A stretch of 64,000 nt of DNA from an uncultured Acidobacteriota bacterium (GTDB lineage: Bacteria; Acidobacteriota; Blastocatellia; RBC074): contig CAWCKY010000003.1 of assembly GCA_963796275.1 (NCBI GenBank), positions 1,184,001 to 1,248,000 on the forward strand, in the 5' to 3' direction. The notes beneath the pieces were generated by a model. That model searched no databases. It worked only from the letters and a program-made list of their open reading frames with translations, and was not told where the DNA came from. Shown here piece by piece: positions 1 through 11,062 of this stretch (within the stretch, counting starts at the first letter, position 1; every line of letters starts with the position of its first letter). Both the position numbers and the translations under genes were made by a program.

Positions 1-892
1 ATTGCGGCAGATATGGGTGATGCGCCACATCCCCCGAATCGATCAGGCTCGTCTCCAACGTGCTCCAGCGCTCCTTGCTCATGCCCTTCAACTTTGCGCT
101 ATAAAGTTTGTTATCAAGCAGGCTGCCTTCGCTGCCGACCAGGTGAATGTGGAAGTAATAGGGCTGCAGACAGTCAACCACCGACGCCACTTTCCCGATC
201 TTTCCGTCTTTGAATTTGAGGATCGTGATTGAAGTCGTGTCGTATTCGTAAGGCGCGAATATGGGGTTGCTCGAACGATTGCTGTAGCTGGTGACCTCTT
301 CGACTTTTGAATCCATGAGCCAGAGCAGCAGGTCCATCGCGTGGCAGCCGGCGGTCAAAAGGCTGCTTCCGCCCATATCCTTCTTGACGTTCCAGGGGAA
401 TTGGCCGTACCAGGGGCCGATGCCGTGGTAATAATCGACTTCGGCGTAATGCAGCGAGCCTAGTAGACCTTCATCGATCACCGAGCGAATGACGTTCGCT
501 TGCTGGCTGAACCGCACCTCGAAACAGACACACGATTGTACGCGCGCCTTCTGGATCGCCTGGCGCATAGCTGCGGCGTCCTCGTAGTTGATCGCAATCG
601 GCTTTTCTATAATCAGGTGTTTGCCGGCTTCCGCGGCCGCTATGGCCTGCCCCGCATGGAAAGGGTGTGGAGTGCAGATATCGATGACGTGAATCGACGG
701 ATCCTTCAACATCGCTTCGTAATCACGATATGCCTTCAACGGTGTCCCGTATTGTTTGGCGAGTTCCGCCTCATCGAGCTGGCGGCGCGAACAGACCGCC
801 GTGACTTTAGCCCCGTCTATCTTGTTGAACGCTGAAATATGTGCTCCGGCAACCCAGCCCAGGCCGACAATGCCGATGTTCAATTGGTCCAT
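1..892 (-). CDS. Gfo/Idh/MocA family NAD(P)-dependent oxidoreductase (3' end runs off the window)
   Basis: Read manually, since it is absent from the ORF track (no stop in window). ATG at 892 after a GGAGG RBS gives [18 protein letters not shown] (Rossmann GxGxxA), [12 protein letters not shown] and GKHLIIEKP motifs. Confidence 0.9.
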   Translation of the reverse strand, partial: MDQLNIGIVGLGWVAGAHISAFNKIDGAKVTAVCSRRQLDEAELAKQYGTPLKAYRDYEAMLKDPSIHVIDICTPHPFHAGQAIAAAEAGKHLIIEKPIAINYEDAAAMRQAIQKARVQSCVCFEVRFSQQANVIRSVIDEGLLGSLHYAEVDYYHGIGPWYGQFPWNVKKDMGGSSLLTAGCHAMDLLLWLMDSKVEEVTSYSNRSSNPIFAPYEYDTTSITILKFKDGKIGKVASVVDCLQPYYFHIHLVGSEGSLLDNKLYSAKLKGMSKERWSTLETSLIDSGDVAHHPYLPQ

Positions 893-923
893 ATGGAACC
901 TCCTTAATAATGTATAAATGGGT

Positions 924-1029
924 AATGGATAATTGATAGTTGATTGTTCGTATAAATAGTGGCTTCAGTGTTTACGAACAATCAACAATCAACAATCAAC
1001 AATCAACAATCAACTATCAATTATCCATT
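924..1029. repeat. Heptamer-based (AACAATC/AACTATC) inverted repeat element
   Basis: AATGGATAATTGATAGTTGATTGTTCGTA (924-952) is complementary to TACGAACAATC...AACTATCAATTATCCATT (973-1029). The right arm carries extra tandem AACAATC units. Confidence 0.85.
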
Positions 1030-1798
1030 CCTTCATTGCGTCCTGCAAAACTTTCTCTTGCGGATAACCGTGGCCGCGGTGTTGGCGAAATCCTTCAGCA
1101 TAAGGCGCACCGCACTCCCGGCCATAATTCTGGGCCCATTCGGTCATCCGGTTGAGATACTCATCGATACCGTGATGCGCGCGCAACCATTCGCGTTGCG
1201 AGCGATGGAACTTGAGCATTTCACGCTTCTGCTCGAGCTTTGCACTGATATCCACATAAAACTGGGGCCTTACGCGCTCGCCCATCGTATCCTTTCCTTC
1301 GATCGGATCGGCATAATAGAGAGCCGGGGTGTTTAATGTCGCGTTAACGGGATCAGTCCGATGAGTTCGATAAAGGGGGATAGCGAGTGCGAATACGGCT
1401 CCGCGGACCAATCGCGACGTTTCTTCGTGATCGAGCATGTAATCGACCGGCGAGTGAGTGATGACGATATCGGGATTAAAGCTTCGCATGCGCTCGACGA
1501 CCCTGCGCATATTTTCCGTATTGACGAAAATTTCGATGTCTTTCATCCCGGCGCAGCCATACCAGGCTCCGAGGAATTCGGCAGCAGCTTCGGCCTCGGC
1601 ATGTCGGATGCTCGTGATCTCTTCTCTAGAATGCGTCATCGAGCCGCAATCGCCACTCGTCATGGTGAGAATGCCCAACTCCCAGCCGAGCGCTTTAAGG
1701 TGAAAGAGAGTCCCGCCGGCGAGTATCTCCGCATCATCGGGATGTGCCATCGCCGCCAGTGCCCTTGGGTTTCGTCCTTGGTCTGTTGTCATCCGCAT
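1010..1798 (-). CDS. PIG-L/LmbE family de-N-acetylase
   Basis: AHPDDAE metal-binding motif, [12 protein letters not shown], and C-terminal HRSQ and YAEGF motifs. Confidence 0.9.
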   Translation of the reverse strand: MRMTTDQGRNPRALAAMAHPDDAEILAGGTLFHLKALGWELGILTMTSGDCGSMTHSREEITSIRHAEAEAAAEFLGAWYGCAGMKDIEIFVNTENMRRVVERMRSFNPDIVITHSPVDYMLDHEETSRLVRGAVFALAIPLYRTHRTDPVNATLNTPALYYADPIEGKDTMGERVRPQFYVDISAKLEQKREMLKFHRSQREWLRAHHGIDEYLNRMTEWAQNYGRECGAPYAEGFRQHRGHGYPQEKVLQDAMKEWIIDS

Positions 1799-1885
1799 CC
1801 TCCCTTCATCCCGAAGAAGTGACCTCCAAATCAGGCTGTTTGATATAATTTTAAACAGGATTGAGATAATCTCTTGCTATAGTTA

Positions 1886-3385
1886 GTGATGTCAATATTT
1901 TTATCACCTTATAAAATGAGCAAGCTTTCTACAATTCGGCAAATAAACAAGTCGGCTTCTCGTCTCCGGTTGCTCTCAGAACGAGCCTTGTCCCGCACCG
2001 CGGGAGCGCCGCTCGTGACGGGGAATAGCGTGCGCATCCTCAAGGACGCGAGCGAAAATTACCCTGCCTGGTTAGATGCCATCAAATCGGCGAGACGCAA
2101 AATCTATTTCGAGAGCTATATCATTCACGAGGACGAGCAGGGATTGATGCTCGCTGATGCGCTCGCAGCCAAGGTTCGCGAGGGCGTGAGCGTTCGTCTG
2201 GTCTACGATTGGATGGGGGGGATCTGGGCTTCGTCACGCAAATTCTGGAAGCGCATGCGCGATGCGGGGATAGATGTGCGCTGCTTCAATCCACCGCGCC
2301 TTGATAGCCCTTTCGGTTGGCTCAGCCGCGATCATCGTAAAATGATCGCAGTCGATGGAGAAGTGGGATTCATCACAGGTTTGTGCGTCGGGCAGATGTG
2401 GGTCGGTTTTCCTGAAGAAGGCATCGAACCATGGCGCGATACGGGAGTTGAGGTGCGTGGTCCGGCGGTCGCCGATATCGAACAATCGTTCGCGCAGGTC
2501 TGGGCGATTACGGGTGATCCTCTTCCCGAAAATGAATTGACCGAGGGGAAATCCATACCCGTTGCCGGTGACGTTTCGGTGCGTGTGGTTGCCAGCGTCC
2601 CGAACACGGCCGGTCTTTACCGTCTGGATCAGATGATTGCCGCGGGCGCGAATAAGACTCTATGGTTGACTGATGCCTACTTCGCAGGCACGGCCCCATA
2701 TGTTCAGGCGTTGAGAGCCGCGGCGATGGATGGTGTCGACGTGCGGCTGCTCGTGCCGGAGGCCAACGATATTCCGGTAATGCGTGCCCTTTCCCGATCC
2801 GGTTATCGCTCGTTGCTGGAGGCCGGCATTCGAGTATTCGAGTGGAACGGGCCGATGCTACATGCGAAAACAGCGGTTTCGGACGGACGCTGGGCTCGCG
2901 TCGGATCGACCAACCTCAACCTGGCGAGCTGGATAGGAAATTGGGAGCTCGATCTGGTGGTCGAGGACGATAAATTCGGACAGGCGATGGAGCAGATGTA
3001 CATCAAGGATCTGGAAAACTCTACTGAGATAATTCTTACCGCAAAGCGGAAATCGCTGCCCAAACGGAAACGAGGCCGCCGCCATCTGGCGGGAAGACTC
3101 GGTTCCGGAACCTCCGGACGTACGGCAGCCGGCGCGGTCAGATTGGGAAATATAGTGAGCGCCGCCATAACCAATAAACGCATGCTAGGCCCCGCCGAAG
3201 CCAGGATTATGATCAGTTCGGGATTATTGCTCCTGGCATCGGCGGTTCTGGCAATTTTTTGGCCGCGTGTGATCACTGTGCCCATCGCCGTGATCGCGGT
3301 ATGGGTGGCAGCCTCATTGTTTCTCAGGGGCTATGTGCTCAACCGTGAAGGCAGAAAAGAGGATGAAAAGCTGAAGAATGGGTAA
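1886..3385 (+). CDS. cls: Cardiolipin synthase / phospholipase D family (true start may be ATG 1917)
   Basis: Two HKD motifs ([20 protein letters not shown]), WRDT and GSTNL. Hydrophobic hairpin near the C-terminus. Confidence 0.85.
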   Translation: MMSIFLSPYKMSKLSTIRQINKSASRLRLLSERALSRTAGAPLVTGNSVRILKDASENYPAWLDAIKSARRKIYFESYIIHEDEQGLMLADALAAKVREGVSVRLVYDWMGGIWASSRKFWKRMRDAGIDVRCFNPPRLDSPFGWLSRDHRKMIAVDGEVGFITGLCVGQMWVGFPEEGIEPWRDTGVEVRGPAVADIEQSFAQVWAITGDPLPENELTEGKSIPVAGDVSVRVVASVPNTAGLYRLDQMIAAGANKTLWLTDAYFAGTAPYVQALRAAAMDGVDVRLLVPEANDIPVMRALSRSGYRSLLEAGIRVFEWNGPMLHAKTAVSDGRWARVGSTNLNLASWIGNWELDLVVEDDKFGQAMEQMYIKDLENSTEIILTAKRKSLPKRKRGRRHLAGRLGSGTSGRTAAGAVRLGNIVSAAITNKRMLGPAEARIMISSGLLLLASAVLAIFWPRVITVPIAVIAVWVAASLFLRGYVLNREGRKEDEKLKNG

Positions 3386-4130
3386 AACGAGAAGTTTTCG
3401 TGTAGTCACCTACAACATTCACAAGTGTAGGGGGATGGATCGACGGGTCAGACCCGAACGAATTGTCGAGGTCTTGCGGGGAATTGATGCAGACATCATC
3501 GCTCTGCAAGAGGTGCTGTGGATACACGGCGCCGAAAATAGGGATGATCAGGCGCATTTCATCGCGCGCGAGCTGGGATTGGATTTTCGTCTCGGGGAGA
3601 ATCGCAAGCTGCACGGTGGAGCCTATGGTAATGTCGTGCTCAGCCGATTCCCGATGAGCGCAGCGCGTAACCATGATATCAGCGTCAGCGGGCGCGAGCA
3701 GCGCGGATGCCTGCGCGTCGACATCGATCTGCAAGGCAAACATTCATTGCACGTTTACAACGTGCACCTCGGCACATCGTTCAGAGAGCGACACCATCAG
3801 GCGCGCATATTGTTGAACCAGAAGATACTGAAGAATGGCGATCACGCGGGACCGCGTCTGCTGCTCGGGGATTTCAACGACTGGACGCGCGGCCCTGTAT
3901 CTCGTCTCCTGGCTGAGCATTTCCGGAGCGCAGACCCCCGCATCCATATCGGGCGATTCGCCACCTATCCCGGTTTCCTGCCTATCGTTCACCTCGATCA
4001 CATCTATTTCGATGAGTCGCTGAAATTGGTGAAGGCGCTGTTGCCCCGCAGCCGTACCGCCCTCATCGCTTCGGATCATCTTCCGGTGGTGGCTGATTTC
4101 AGGCTGTTGGGCGCCGCAGAAAGACGCTGA
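3378..4130 (+). CDS. Endonuclease/exonuclease/phosphatase family protein (YbhP-like)
   Basis: TYNIHK, ALQEV, GDFND, LDHIY and ASDHLP motifs. Overlaps the cls stop, as in the known clsB/ybhP pairing. Confidence 0.9.
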   Translation: MGKTRSFRVVTYNIHKCRGMDRRVRPERIVEVLRGIDADIIALQEVLWIHGAENRDDQAHFIARELGLDFRLGENRKLHGGAYGNVVLSRFPMSAARNHDISVSGREQRGCLRVDIDLQGKHSLHVYNVHLGTSFRERHHQARILLNQKILKNGDHAGPRLLLGDFNDWTRGPVSRLLAEHFRSADPRIHIGRFATYPGFLPIVHLDHIYFDESLKLVKALLPRSRTALIASDHLPVVADFRLLGAAERR

Positions 4131-4132
4131 GC

Positions 4133-4325
4133 ATTTAATATTTAACATTGTTCATTTTACATTTGACATTGAAGAGGCGCCGTCTCAATCAATGACAATG
4201 AACAGTGCTCTGGCCAACTACGGGCACCCCACCTCAATTACGTTTGATATTTGTCATTGATTGAACCGCGTTTCTTCAATGTCAAATGTAAAATGACAAA
4301 TGAACAATGAACAATGAAAAATGCA
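4133..4325. repeat. Composite (BIME-like) inverted repeat of heptamer units AATGACA/AATGTAA between convergent genes; probable bidirectional terminator
   Basis: 4146-4198 (CATTGTTCATTTTACATTTGACATTGAAGAGGCGCCGTCTCAATCAATGACAA) is near-complementary to ~4251-4302. Each arm also has an internal hairpin. Confidence 0.8.
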
Positions 4326-4326
4326 A

Positions 4327-6194
4327 TTATTCTACTGTTACTGACTTCGCCAGATTTCTCGGCTGGTCGACGTCGCAACCTCTCCTCACCGCAATATGAT
4401 ACGCGAGCAATTGCAACGGCACGACCGAGAGTACGGGTGAGAGCAACTCGCTCGATGGGGGGACTTCGATGGTGTAGCTCGCCATACTTCGTGTGTCCTC
4501 GTCTCCTTCCGTCACGATTGCAACGACAATGCCGTCGCGGGCGCGCACCTCCTGAATATTGGAGAGCGTCTTCTCGTAGCGCAATTTTGATTTTTCGTCG
4601 CTGGTATCGAGCGTGTTGATGACGACGACGGGCAGACGCGAATCGATCAAGGCGTTCGGCCCGTGCTTCATTTCACCCGCAGCGTAGCCTTCGGCATGGA
4701 TATAGGAAATCTCTTTCAGTTTCAGTGCGCCTTCGAGCGCTATCGGGAAGTTGATGCCGCGGCCGAGATAGAGGAAGTCGGTCGAAAGTACGAAGGCCCT
4801 CGAAAGCTCCTCGTAATCGATCTCGCTGTTGTTGAGCAGCTTCTCGATCTTCACCGGCAGCTCCGACAGATGTTGCGTATGCCATTTCAGCTTCTCTTCG
4901 CTGAGCGTGCCGCGTTGCTGCGCCAGATAGAGCGCGAAGATGTATGCCGCCACCATCTGCGATGTGAAGGCCTTCGTCGAAGCGACGCCGATCTCAGGCC
5001 CGGCGTGCGTGTAGACGGTGCAATCGGCCTCGCGCGTGATCATCGACCCCTGAACATTGCAGATGGCCAGCGATTTGCACCCTTTCTCCTTCGCTTCGCG
5101 CAGTGCCGCGATCGTGTCGGCCGTTTCGCCCGATTGCGAGATCACCATCATCAGGGAATTGGGAGTCAGGATCGGATTGCGGTAACGAAACTCGGAAGCA
5201 TAATCGACTTCAACCGGGACGCGCGCAAGCTCTTCGATCAGGTATTTGGCGACCAGTGCTGCGTGCCAGGCTGTTCCGCAGGACGCGAGCTTGATGTCGG
5301 TGAACGAGCGGAAATCGCCTTCTCCGATCTCCATTGTGTCGAGGTATATCTGCCCCGTGTCGAGCGAGACCCGCCCCTGAGTGGTATCGCGCACGGCGCG
5401 CGGCTGCTCGTAAATCTCCTTGAGCATGAAATGCTTGTAGCCGCCCTTTTCAGCCTGATCGGATCCCAGTTGATGCGCTGTATCTGCGGCTTGATCTCAT
5501 CGCCGTCCATATTTAAAACGCGCACCCCGCCGCGCGTTATGATGGCCATCTCGTTATCGCCGAGAAAGAAGATGTCGCGCGTGTGCGGCAGAATCGCCGG
5601 AATGTCCGACGCGACGAAATATTCGCCTTCTCCCATTCCGATGACGACCGGCGGCCCCAGCCGCGCCGCGATCAGTTGGTCCGGCTCATCGGCCGACATT
5701 GCGACGAGAGCGTAGATGCCGCGGATATTTTTGAGCATCTCGCGGAATGCTCCCTCGAAGCCGAGACCTGGATTGTCGTTGAGCTTCTGCTCGATCAGAT
5801 GTGCGACTACTTCGGTGTCGGTCTCGGACTGAAAGCGGTGATCCTGTTTCTGCAGCTCGCGTTTGAGATCGAGGTAGTTTTCGATGATGCCGTTGTGAAC
5901 GACGCAGATGCGCCCTGAACTCGAGCGGTGCGGGTGCGCGTTCTCTTCCGATGGCCTTCCATGCGTCGCCCATCTCGTATGACCCAGGGCGTAGACACCT
6001 TCAATCGGGTTTTTACGCAGAACCTCCTCGAGGTTGCGCAGTTTCCCGCTGGCGCGCCGGACTTCCATCTCGCCTTTCGAGTCGACGACGGCAATCCCCG
6101 CCGAATCGTATCCTCTATATTCCAATCGTCGAAGTCCTTCGATGACGATGGGAACGACCTGTTGATTGCCGACGTAACCGACGATTCCGCACAT
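4327..6194 (-). CDS. glmS: Glutamine--fructose-6-phosphate aminotransferase, split by a 1-nt deletion near 5456 (probable sequencing error)
   Basis: N-terminal [15 protein letters not shown] and HNGIIEN in ORF 5238..6194. SIS domains with SQSGETADT and the C-terminal [11 protein letters not shown] in ORF 4327..5427. Adding one base restores WDPI(Q/M)[13 protein letters not shown]. Confidence 0.95.
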
Positions 6195-6237
6195 ACGGTA
6201 TTACCTCCTCATTAATCCCGCTCGGGTACTGATGTTT

Positions 6238-7620
6238 TTATTCCTTGAAATTCTTGATTACTTTGGCTGGCACTCCCACGACAAGCGAATCGGGCGGCAC
6301 ATCCTTGGTGATCACCGATCCCGCGCCGGAGACCGATCCACGGCCGACTCGCACCGGTGCGACGAGCATCGTGTCAGAGCCGATCTTCACATCGTCTTCG
6401 ATGATGGTCTGATGCTTCTGTTTGCCGTCGTAGTTGCAGGTCACAGTGGCTGCGCCGATATTGACGCGCTCGCCGATCGTCGCATCGCCGAGATAAGTCA
6501 GATGCATCGATTTTGTTTTTCGTCCGAGCTGAGATTTTTTGACCTCCACAAAATTGCCGATGACAGCCTCTTCCGCTAGTTCTGTGTGCATCCGCAGATG
6601 CGCGAAAGGGCCGACCGAATTGCGCGCCTTCAATTTGCTGTCGACTATTACGCAAGAGTTGAGGACTCTGCATTCATCTCCGATCTCGGCGTTGCTCAGA
6701 TGCGACCACGAATTTATCTCACAGGCGCGTCCGATGCGCGAATTGCCTTCGATTATCACCTGCGGATGAATAATCGTGTCGCGGCCGATCTCGACCGTAT
6801 CGTCGATGTAGGTTGAGTCGGGATCGATGATAGTCACTCCTTCGGCCATCAATCGGTCGATCGTCTCGTGCCGCACGCGTTTCCACATCCCGGCGAGCTC
6901 CGCGCGCGTGTTGATGCCGTCGAGTTCGCGCGCATCTTCGTGCAGGACAGTCCCCACTGAGCGACCTGCAGCGAGCATATGCTCCGGAACATCGGTCACA
7001 TAATATTCATTCTGCGCATTCTTCGGCTCGAGCTTATCCAGGGCGGCAAGCAGGGCCGGAATGTCAAAGCAGTAAAGGCCGGGATTGAGTTCAGTGATCA
7101 ACCGCTGTTCCGGTGTGCAATCGCGCTCCTCGATGATCTTCAGGAAATTGCCGGCCGAGTCGCGAACGATGCGGCCATATGCGGGAGGGTTTGACAGATG
7201 AATCGTGATGAATGTCGCAGCATTCTTGGCGCGTTGGTGCTCGGCGATCAGTTTGCGAAGCGTATCTGCCTCGACGAGAGGGACATCGCCATTGATCACG
7301 ACCAGCAGCCCTTTTGTCTTCTTCAATGCTTCCTGTGCGCATTTGACGGCGTGGCCGGTGCCTCGCTGTTCGCTCTGCCGCACGAACCGGAGTTTTTCGC
7401 CTGTTAGCTCATCGACTGCCGTGCGAGCGGCCTCTTCGACCTTTTCGGCCTGATAGCCTGTGATGACGAAGATATTCTCGGGGTTGAGCTGAGCCAATGA
7501 ACGCAACTGGCGCGCGATGATCGTTTGACCGCCGAGTTTGTGCAAAACTTTGGCTTGATCGCTTTTCATTCGTGTGCCGAGACCGGCGGCCAGCGTAAGA
7601 ATATTGATATGTGTGTTCAC
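6238..7620 (-). CDS. glmU: Bifunctional UDP-GlcNAc pyrophosphorylase / glucosamine-1-phosphate acetyltransferase
   Basis: [17 protein letters not shown], hexapeptide LbH region and NYDG. Directly upstream of glmS. Confidence 0.97.
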   Translation of the reverse strand: MNTHINILTLAAGLGTRMKSDQAKVLHKLGGQTIIARQLRSLAQLNPENIFVITGYQAEKVEEAARTAVDELTGEKLRFVRQSEQRGTGHAVKCAQEALKKTKGLLVVINGDVPLVEADTLRKLIAEHQRAKNAATFITIHLSNPPAYGRIVRDSAGNFLKIIEERDCTPEQRLITELNPGLYCFDIPALLAALDKLEPKNAQNEYYVTDVPEHMLAAGRSVGTVLHEDARELDGINTRAELAGMWKRVRHETIDRLMAEGVTIIDPDSTYIDDTVEIGRDTIIHPQVIIEGNSRIGRACEINSWSHLSNAEIGDECRVLNSCVIVDSKLKARNSVGPFAHLRMHTELAEEAVIGNFVEVKKSQLGRKTKSMHLTYLGDATIGERVNIGAATVTCNYDGKQKHQTIIEDDVKIGSDTMLVAPVRVGRGSVSGAGSVITKDVPPDSLVVGVPAKVIKNFKE

Positions 7621-7780
7621 GATTATGTCCTCTAAATGGCCACTTTAAGATTGACTGGGGAGGTAAATGCGAACCGCATTATAAGGCAGTTAGATCAGAA
7701 CAGTACAGGATAGTGGCAGGATTTGGGTAGAGGCTTATGAGTGAAACGCGAGGTGGAAAACTGCGCCGCGAGGACTGATC

Positions 7781-7896
7781 TTAGCCCAGCCTTGCAAGGC
7801 CTTCTCATTACCCATCTTGGTCAATTCGCGATCATTGATCTTGGTATGGCCTCCGGCGCAAAATCGAAAAGTTTGGATAATGCAAGGCCGGGCTAG
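7781..7896. repeat. Short element with 16-bp imperfect terminal inverted repeats (REP/MITE-like)
   Basis: TTAGCCCAGCCTTGCA (7781-7796) versus TGCAAGGCCGGGCTAG (7881-7896). Confidence 0.55.
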
Positions 7897-7990
7897 ACTC
7901 ACGAGGTCGCTACACAATCGGGAAAACGGTTGTTGCATTATTTTTTCAAAGTCCATAATTGGGCTGAGCGGATATGTCTCATCCTGATAA

Positions 7991-8080
7991 AGACTGGAGG
8001 TTGGTGGCTGGACGATACCCTTTCGGAGACGATGCTACGCCAGTCTCCAGCTCCCCGATTTACAGCCACCAACCCCAGCC
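7991..8080. repeat. Heptamer-type inverted repeat abutting the GH10 stop codon; possible terminator
   Basis: AGACTGGAGGTTGGTGGCTG pairs with CAGCCACCAACCCCAGCC. Confidence 0.65.
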
Positions 8081-10942
8081 TTACCGCGGCACAGTAACCA
8101 CAACCGATCTACTGGTTCTCAATCCCGCCGAGTCAGTCACCGTCAACTTGATCGTGTATTTCCGATCCTCGCGGCTATGGGACGAACGCTCCGCCCGTAA
8201 CCTGATATGATGCGCATCGATCACCTCCCAGTCCGGCGCGGTGTTGCCGTCGCCGTGACCATTCACGGGCTGGTTGCTGGTGATCGTAATAACCGGTGCG
8301 AGGCCTTCATCACAATCGTCGTAGATGTTGTAACTGAGCTTGACGTCTACCATCCTGTGATTCGGCGGGCGCAGCACGGGCTTGTCCACCCTGAGCCCAA
8401 AGATAATCGGCGGCAGGTTGATCACCCTGATTGTGGCAGATGCCGTGTTGTTCGGCGCCGTATTGGGATCGTTGGTGGTCGAGGTCGATGTTGCTGAATT
8501 GGCGATCCGTGTGCCGCTGGCCGTCGCACAGGAAACAATTAGTTTCAATCGGAACTGAGCCGAAGCCCCTGCATCTAGAGAACTGGCAGTGCAATTCACC
8601 TGCCCGCCGCTTCCCACCGAAGGTGTGGTGCAGGACCAACCTGCTGGAACCGCCAGTGACCTGAATACCATCCCGGCTGGAATTACGCTGGTCATCGATA
8701 CGTCGGCGGCCGGCAGATCGTCATCGTCCGGAAGGAAATCTTCCATATCGTGATCCTGGTTATTCCTGACTGTGATGGTGTATGAGACCGAATGCCCGCT
8801 CAGTACAATCCTGGAATCGGCGCTGATGCTCGTTGAGATGTCGGCTCCCGGCAATTGCAGCGGATCTATCACTCCCCAATAGGCAAACTTCTTCTTCAAA
8901 GACTGATCGAACAGCAGCGGCCCGTCGACCCTCCCGGAAGTTGTCAGCCAGGTGTGGTCATCTGCCTGCCCCCAAAAAGTGATGGAGTCGATCTTACCTT
9001 GCAGTTGCCGGAAGGCATCGAAGAATATCCCATACCGATAGCCCTGTCTGATGAACAGATCCTGGGGAATGATCGAGTAATCATCGTAGATTGTCGTACT
9101 GGAGCCGCTGTAGATACTGACGTCGAGTTCTGTAACCTCGTTTCGCAGCCCAATCCCGTCGAACATGTTGACTGTATCGATGATCGCCTGGCTTGACGGA
9201 AAATCTATGTTGTTGTGCATCTGATGGCCTATGCCGTGGATCGGCACGCCCCGGCTCTTCAGGTCGTTTATGAGGTCGAAGAGGAACTGCCGCTTGGTTA
9301 CATTGGTCGTGTCGAAATCATTGATATAGAGCATGGCATCGGGATCTACCTCGTGCGCAATCTGGAATGCCCTCTCGATAAACGCCGGCCCGATGATATT
9401 GAACCATTGGCTTCGCCTGAACCCGTCCGGCTGGCTCGGATCGATCACTTCGTTCACCACGTCCCAGGCGTAAATGTCGTCTCTGTAGCGCGAGACGACC
9501 TCGCGGATATGAGTCTCCATTCGCTGCAATAGAAGGGCTCTGTTCTCGGGCGACGGCGTCATCGGAATGCCGCTCGCATCGTTGAAGACCCAGGCCGGGG
9601 TCTGTTGGTGCCAGACGAGCGTGTGTCCGCGGACATGCATATTGTTGGCTCGGCCGAAACTGACCTGAGCATCGGCGTTGGCGAAGTTGAAATTTCCTTC
9701 AGCCGGCTGCAGCGTACCCCACTTCATATCATTTTCCGACGTGATGCTGTTGAAGTGCTTCGTCAATAGCACTGTGTGCTCTCCGGTCAGGTCGCCCTGA
9801 TAAACCGCTGCGCCAACGCGGAAGTACTCGGCGAGACTTTGATAAACGGATGGGATGTCGGGCTCGGCTACTGGTGGCGGGACGAATTCGATCCGGAAGT
9901 CGTCAATGTAAAACGAGGACATCGCGCTGCCGGATTCCACGTATAGGATAAGGGTCTGATTGACGAGTGATAGGTCGAACATGGCCCTCAAATTCACCCA
10001 TTGATCGGCCGTCACATTAGTATTGCCGATGACGGTATGAAAGCTAGTCACCGTCCCAAGCCTGCGCTCCAGACTAACCCTCAATGCCGAAGCGGGCTCA
10101 CCCGGCGCCAGTTTGGCCCACAGTGAGATGCGGTAACGCGACCCGTTAAACATGACGTTGGTGACGTCGATGGCCGGGCCTTGAAAGGCCGCCGCACGGT
10201 TGGTGGTCAGGAGACTGTTGCTGCCGCCGTGCTGGTCAGCCGAAGTGACGGTAACAACTTCCACGCCGATCCGCGATGCCCATCCTTCGGTCGTATTTGT
10301 CTCGAAGTCGGTCGTGATCCCCGTTGTATTCGATGGCGGTCCGGGCGGCGGGGCCAGGAAAGTGATGCTGAAATTATCTACATAGTATGAAGCGGTGGCG
10401 CTGGCGGCTTCGATGTAGAACAAGATTCCGCTCATTTCGGTACTGAATGAATAGAGTCCTGTCAGATTGACCCATGAGGCATCGGTCACGTTGGCATTTT
10501 GAGCGACCGTGACGAACTGGTTGCCTCCCCCGCCGGCGGGAGTCTGCTGCACAGTTGCCGTCATCGCAGTCGCGGCTTCTCCAGCTGCGAGACGCACCGA
10601 CGCGGTTACCTGGTAGGTCGCGCCTCTGGTGAGCAGTCCGAGGATGTTCAGACTGGGGCCGTGAAACACTTGGGACCGGCCGATCGTCTTCAGACTGTTG
10701 GTGCCCGTAGCGGCAGCCTCCGTTGAGTTGGTCAGGACGACACCTCCACCCCTGGGAATCCACCCTTGCAGCGTGCCGTCCTCAAAATCGTGCTGAACAA
10801 CCGTCCCGGTCTGGGCGGTCGCCGAACGCGAATTCAAACCCGGTGAGTAAAAAATCAGACCGAAAATAAGTATGCTCGCCAAAATCGTACGCGTTATATG
10901 CCTCGCTTTTATCGATGGAAATATTGTGGGGTGATGAAACAT
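8081..10942 (-). CDS. Secreted modular endo-1,4-beta-xylanase: two CBM4/9/22-type modules, GH10, DUF11-like domain and C-terminal Ig-like domain
   Basis: Signal peptide and two DFExxT...GW CBM repeats. GH10 motifs ENDMKW, RGHTLVWH, WDVVNE (acid/base) and VTELDV (nucleophile). Confidence 0.92.
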   Translation of the reverse strand: MFHHPTIFPSIKARHITRTILASILIFGLIFYSPGLNSRSATAQTGTVVQHDFEDGTLQGWIPRGGGVVLTNSTEAAATGTNSLKTIGRSQVFHGPSLNILGLLTRGATYQVTASVRLAAGEAATAMTATVQQTPAGGGGNQFVTVAQNANVTDASWVNLTGLYSFSTEMSGILFYIEAASATASYYVDNFSITFLAPPPGPPSNTTGITTDFETNTTEGWASRIGVEVVTVTSADQHGGSNSLLTTNRAAAFQGPAIDVTNVMFNGSRYRISLWAKLAPGEPASALRVSLERRLGTVTSFHTVIGNTNVTADQWVNLRAMFDLSLVNQTLILYVESGSAMSSFYIDDFRIEFVPPPVAEPDIPSVYQSLAEYFRVGAAVYQGDLTGEHTVLLTKHFNSITSENDMKWGTLQPAEGNFNFANADAQVSFGRANNMHVRGHTLVWHQQTPAWVFNDASGIPMTPSPENRALLLQRMETHIREVVSRYRDDIYAWDVVNEVIDPSQPDGFRRSQWFNIIGPAFIERAFQIAHEVDPDAMLYINDFDTTNVTKRQFLFDLINDLKSRGVPIHGIGHQMHNNIDFPSSQAIIDTVNMFDGIGLRNEVTELDVSIYSGSSTTIYDDYSIIPQDLFIRQGYRYGIFFDAFRQLQGKIDSITFWGQADDHTWLTTSGRVDGPLLFDQSLKKKFAYWGVIDPLQLPGADISTSISADSRIVLSGHSVSYTITVRNNQDHDMEDFLPDDDDLPAADVSMTSVIPAGMVFRSLAVPAGWSCTTPSVGSGGQVNCTASSLDAGASAQFRLKLIVSCATASGTRIANSATSTSTTNDPNTAPNNTASATIRVINLPPIIFGLRVDKPVLRPPNHRMVDVKLSYNIYDDCDEGLAPVITITSNQPVNGHGDGNTAPDWEVIDAHHIRLRAERSSHSREDRKYTIKLTVTDSAGLRTSRSVVVTVPR

Positions 10943-10973
10943 TGGTAACCTCCTGAGGAAATAGGCTCAAGTC

Positions 10974-11060
10974 TTCAGTTTTTAGTTTTTAGTTTTTAGT
11001 TTCCAGTTTTCGATTCGCATACATCGTCGCCACAGCTAAGCGAAACTGAAAACTGAAAAC
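10974..11060. repeat. Heptamer-based (AGTTTTY / RAAAACT) inverted repeat element
   Basis: TCAGTTTTTAGTTTTTAGTTTTTAGTTTCCAGTTTTCG ... CGAAACTGAAAACTGAAAAC, between the GH3 stop and the GH10 start. Confidence 0.8.
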
Positions 11061-11062
11061 AT

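Noticed and set aside
959-1336. ORFs 940..1155 and 959..1336 with NNQQST repeats
   Set aside because: They are translations of the AACAATC heptamer run and lie antisense to the PIG-L gene.
5440-5470. Programmed frameshift or true pseudogene in glmS
   Set aside because: There is no convincing slippery site at the break, both halves are undegraded, the gene is normally essential, and four similar single-base breaks occur nearby.
4663-5715. Long antisense ORFs (4663..5715, 57802..58566, 59810..60757 and many shorter ones)
   Set aside because: They are shadows of well-supported genes on the opposite strand in GC-rich DNA and have no recognisable motifs.
6195-6237. glmS ribozyme
   Set aside because: Only 43 nt separate glmU and glmS, and no ribozyme core was recognised upstream of glmU either.
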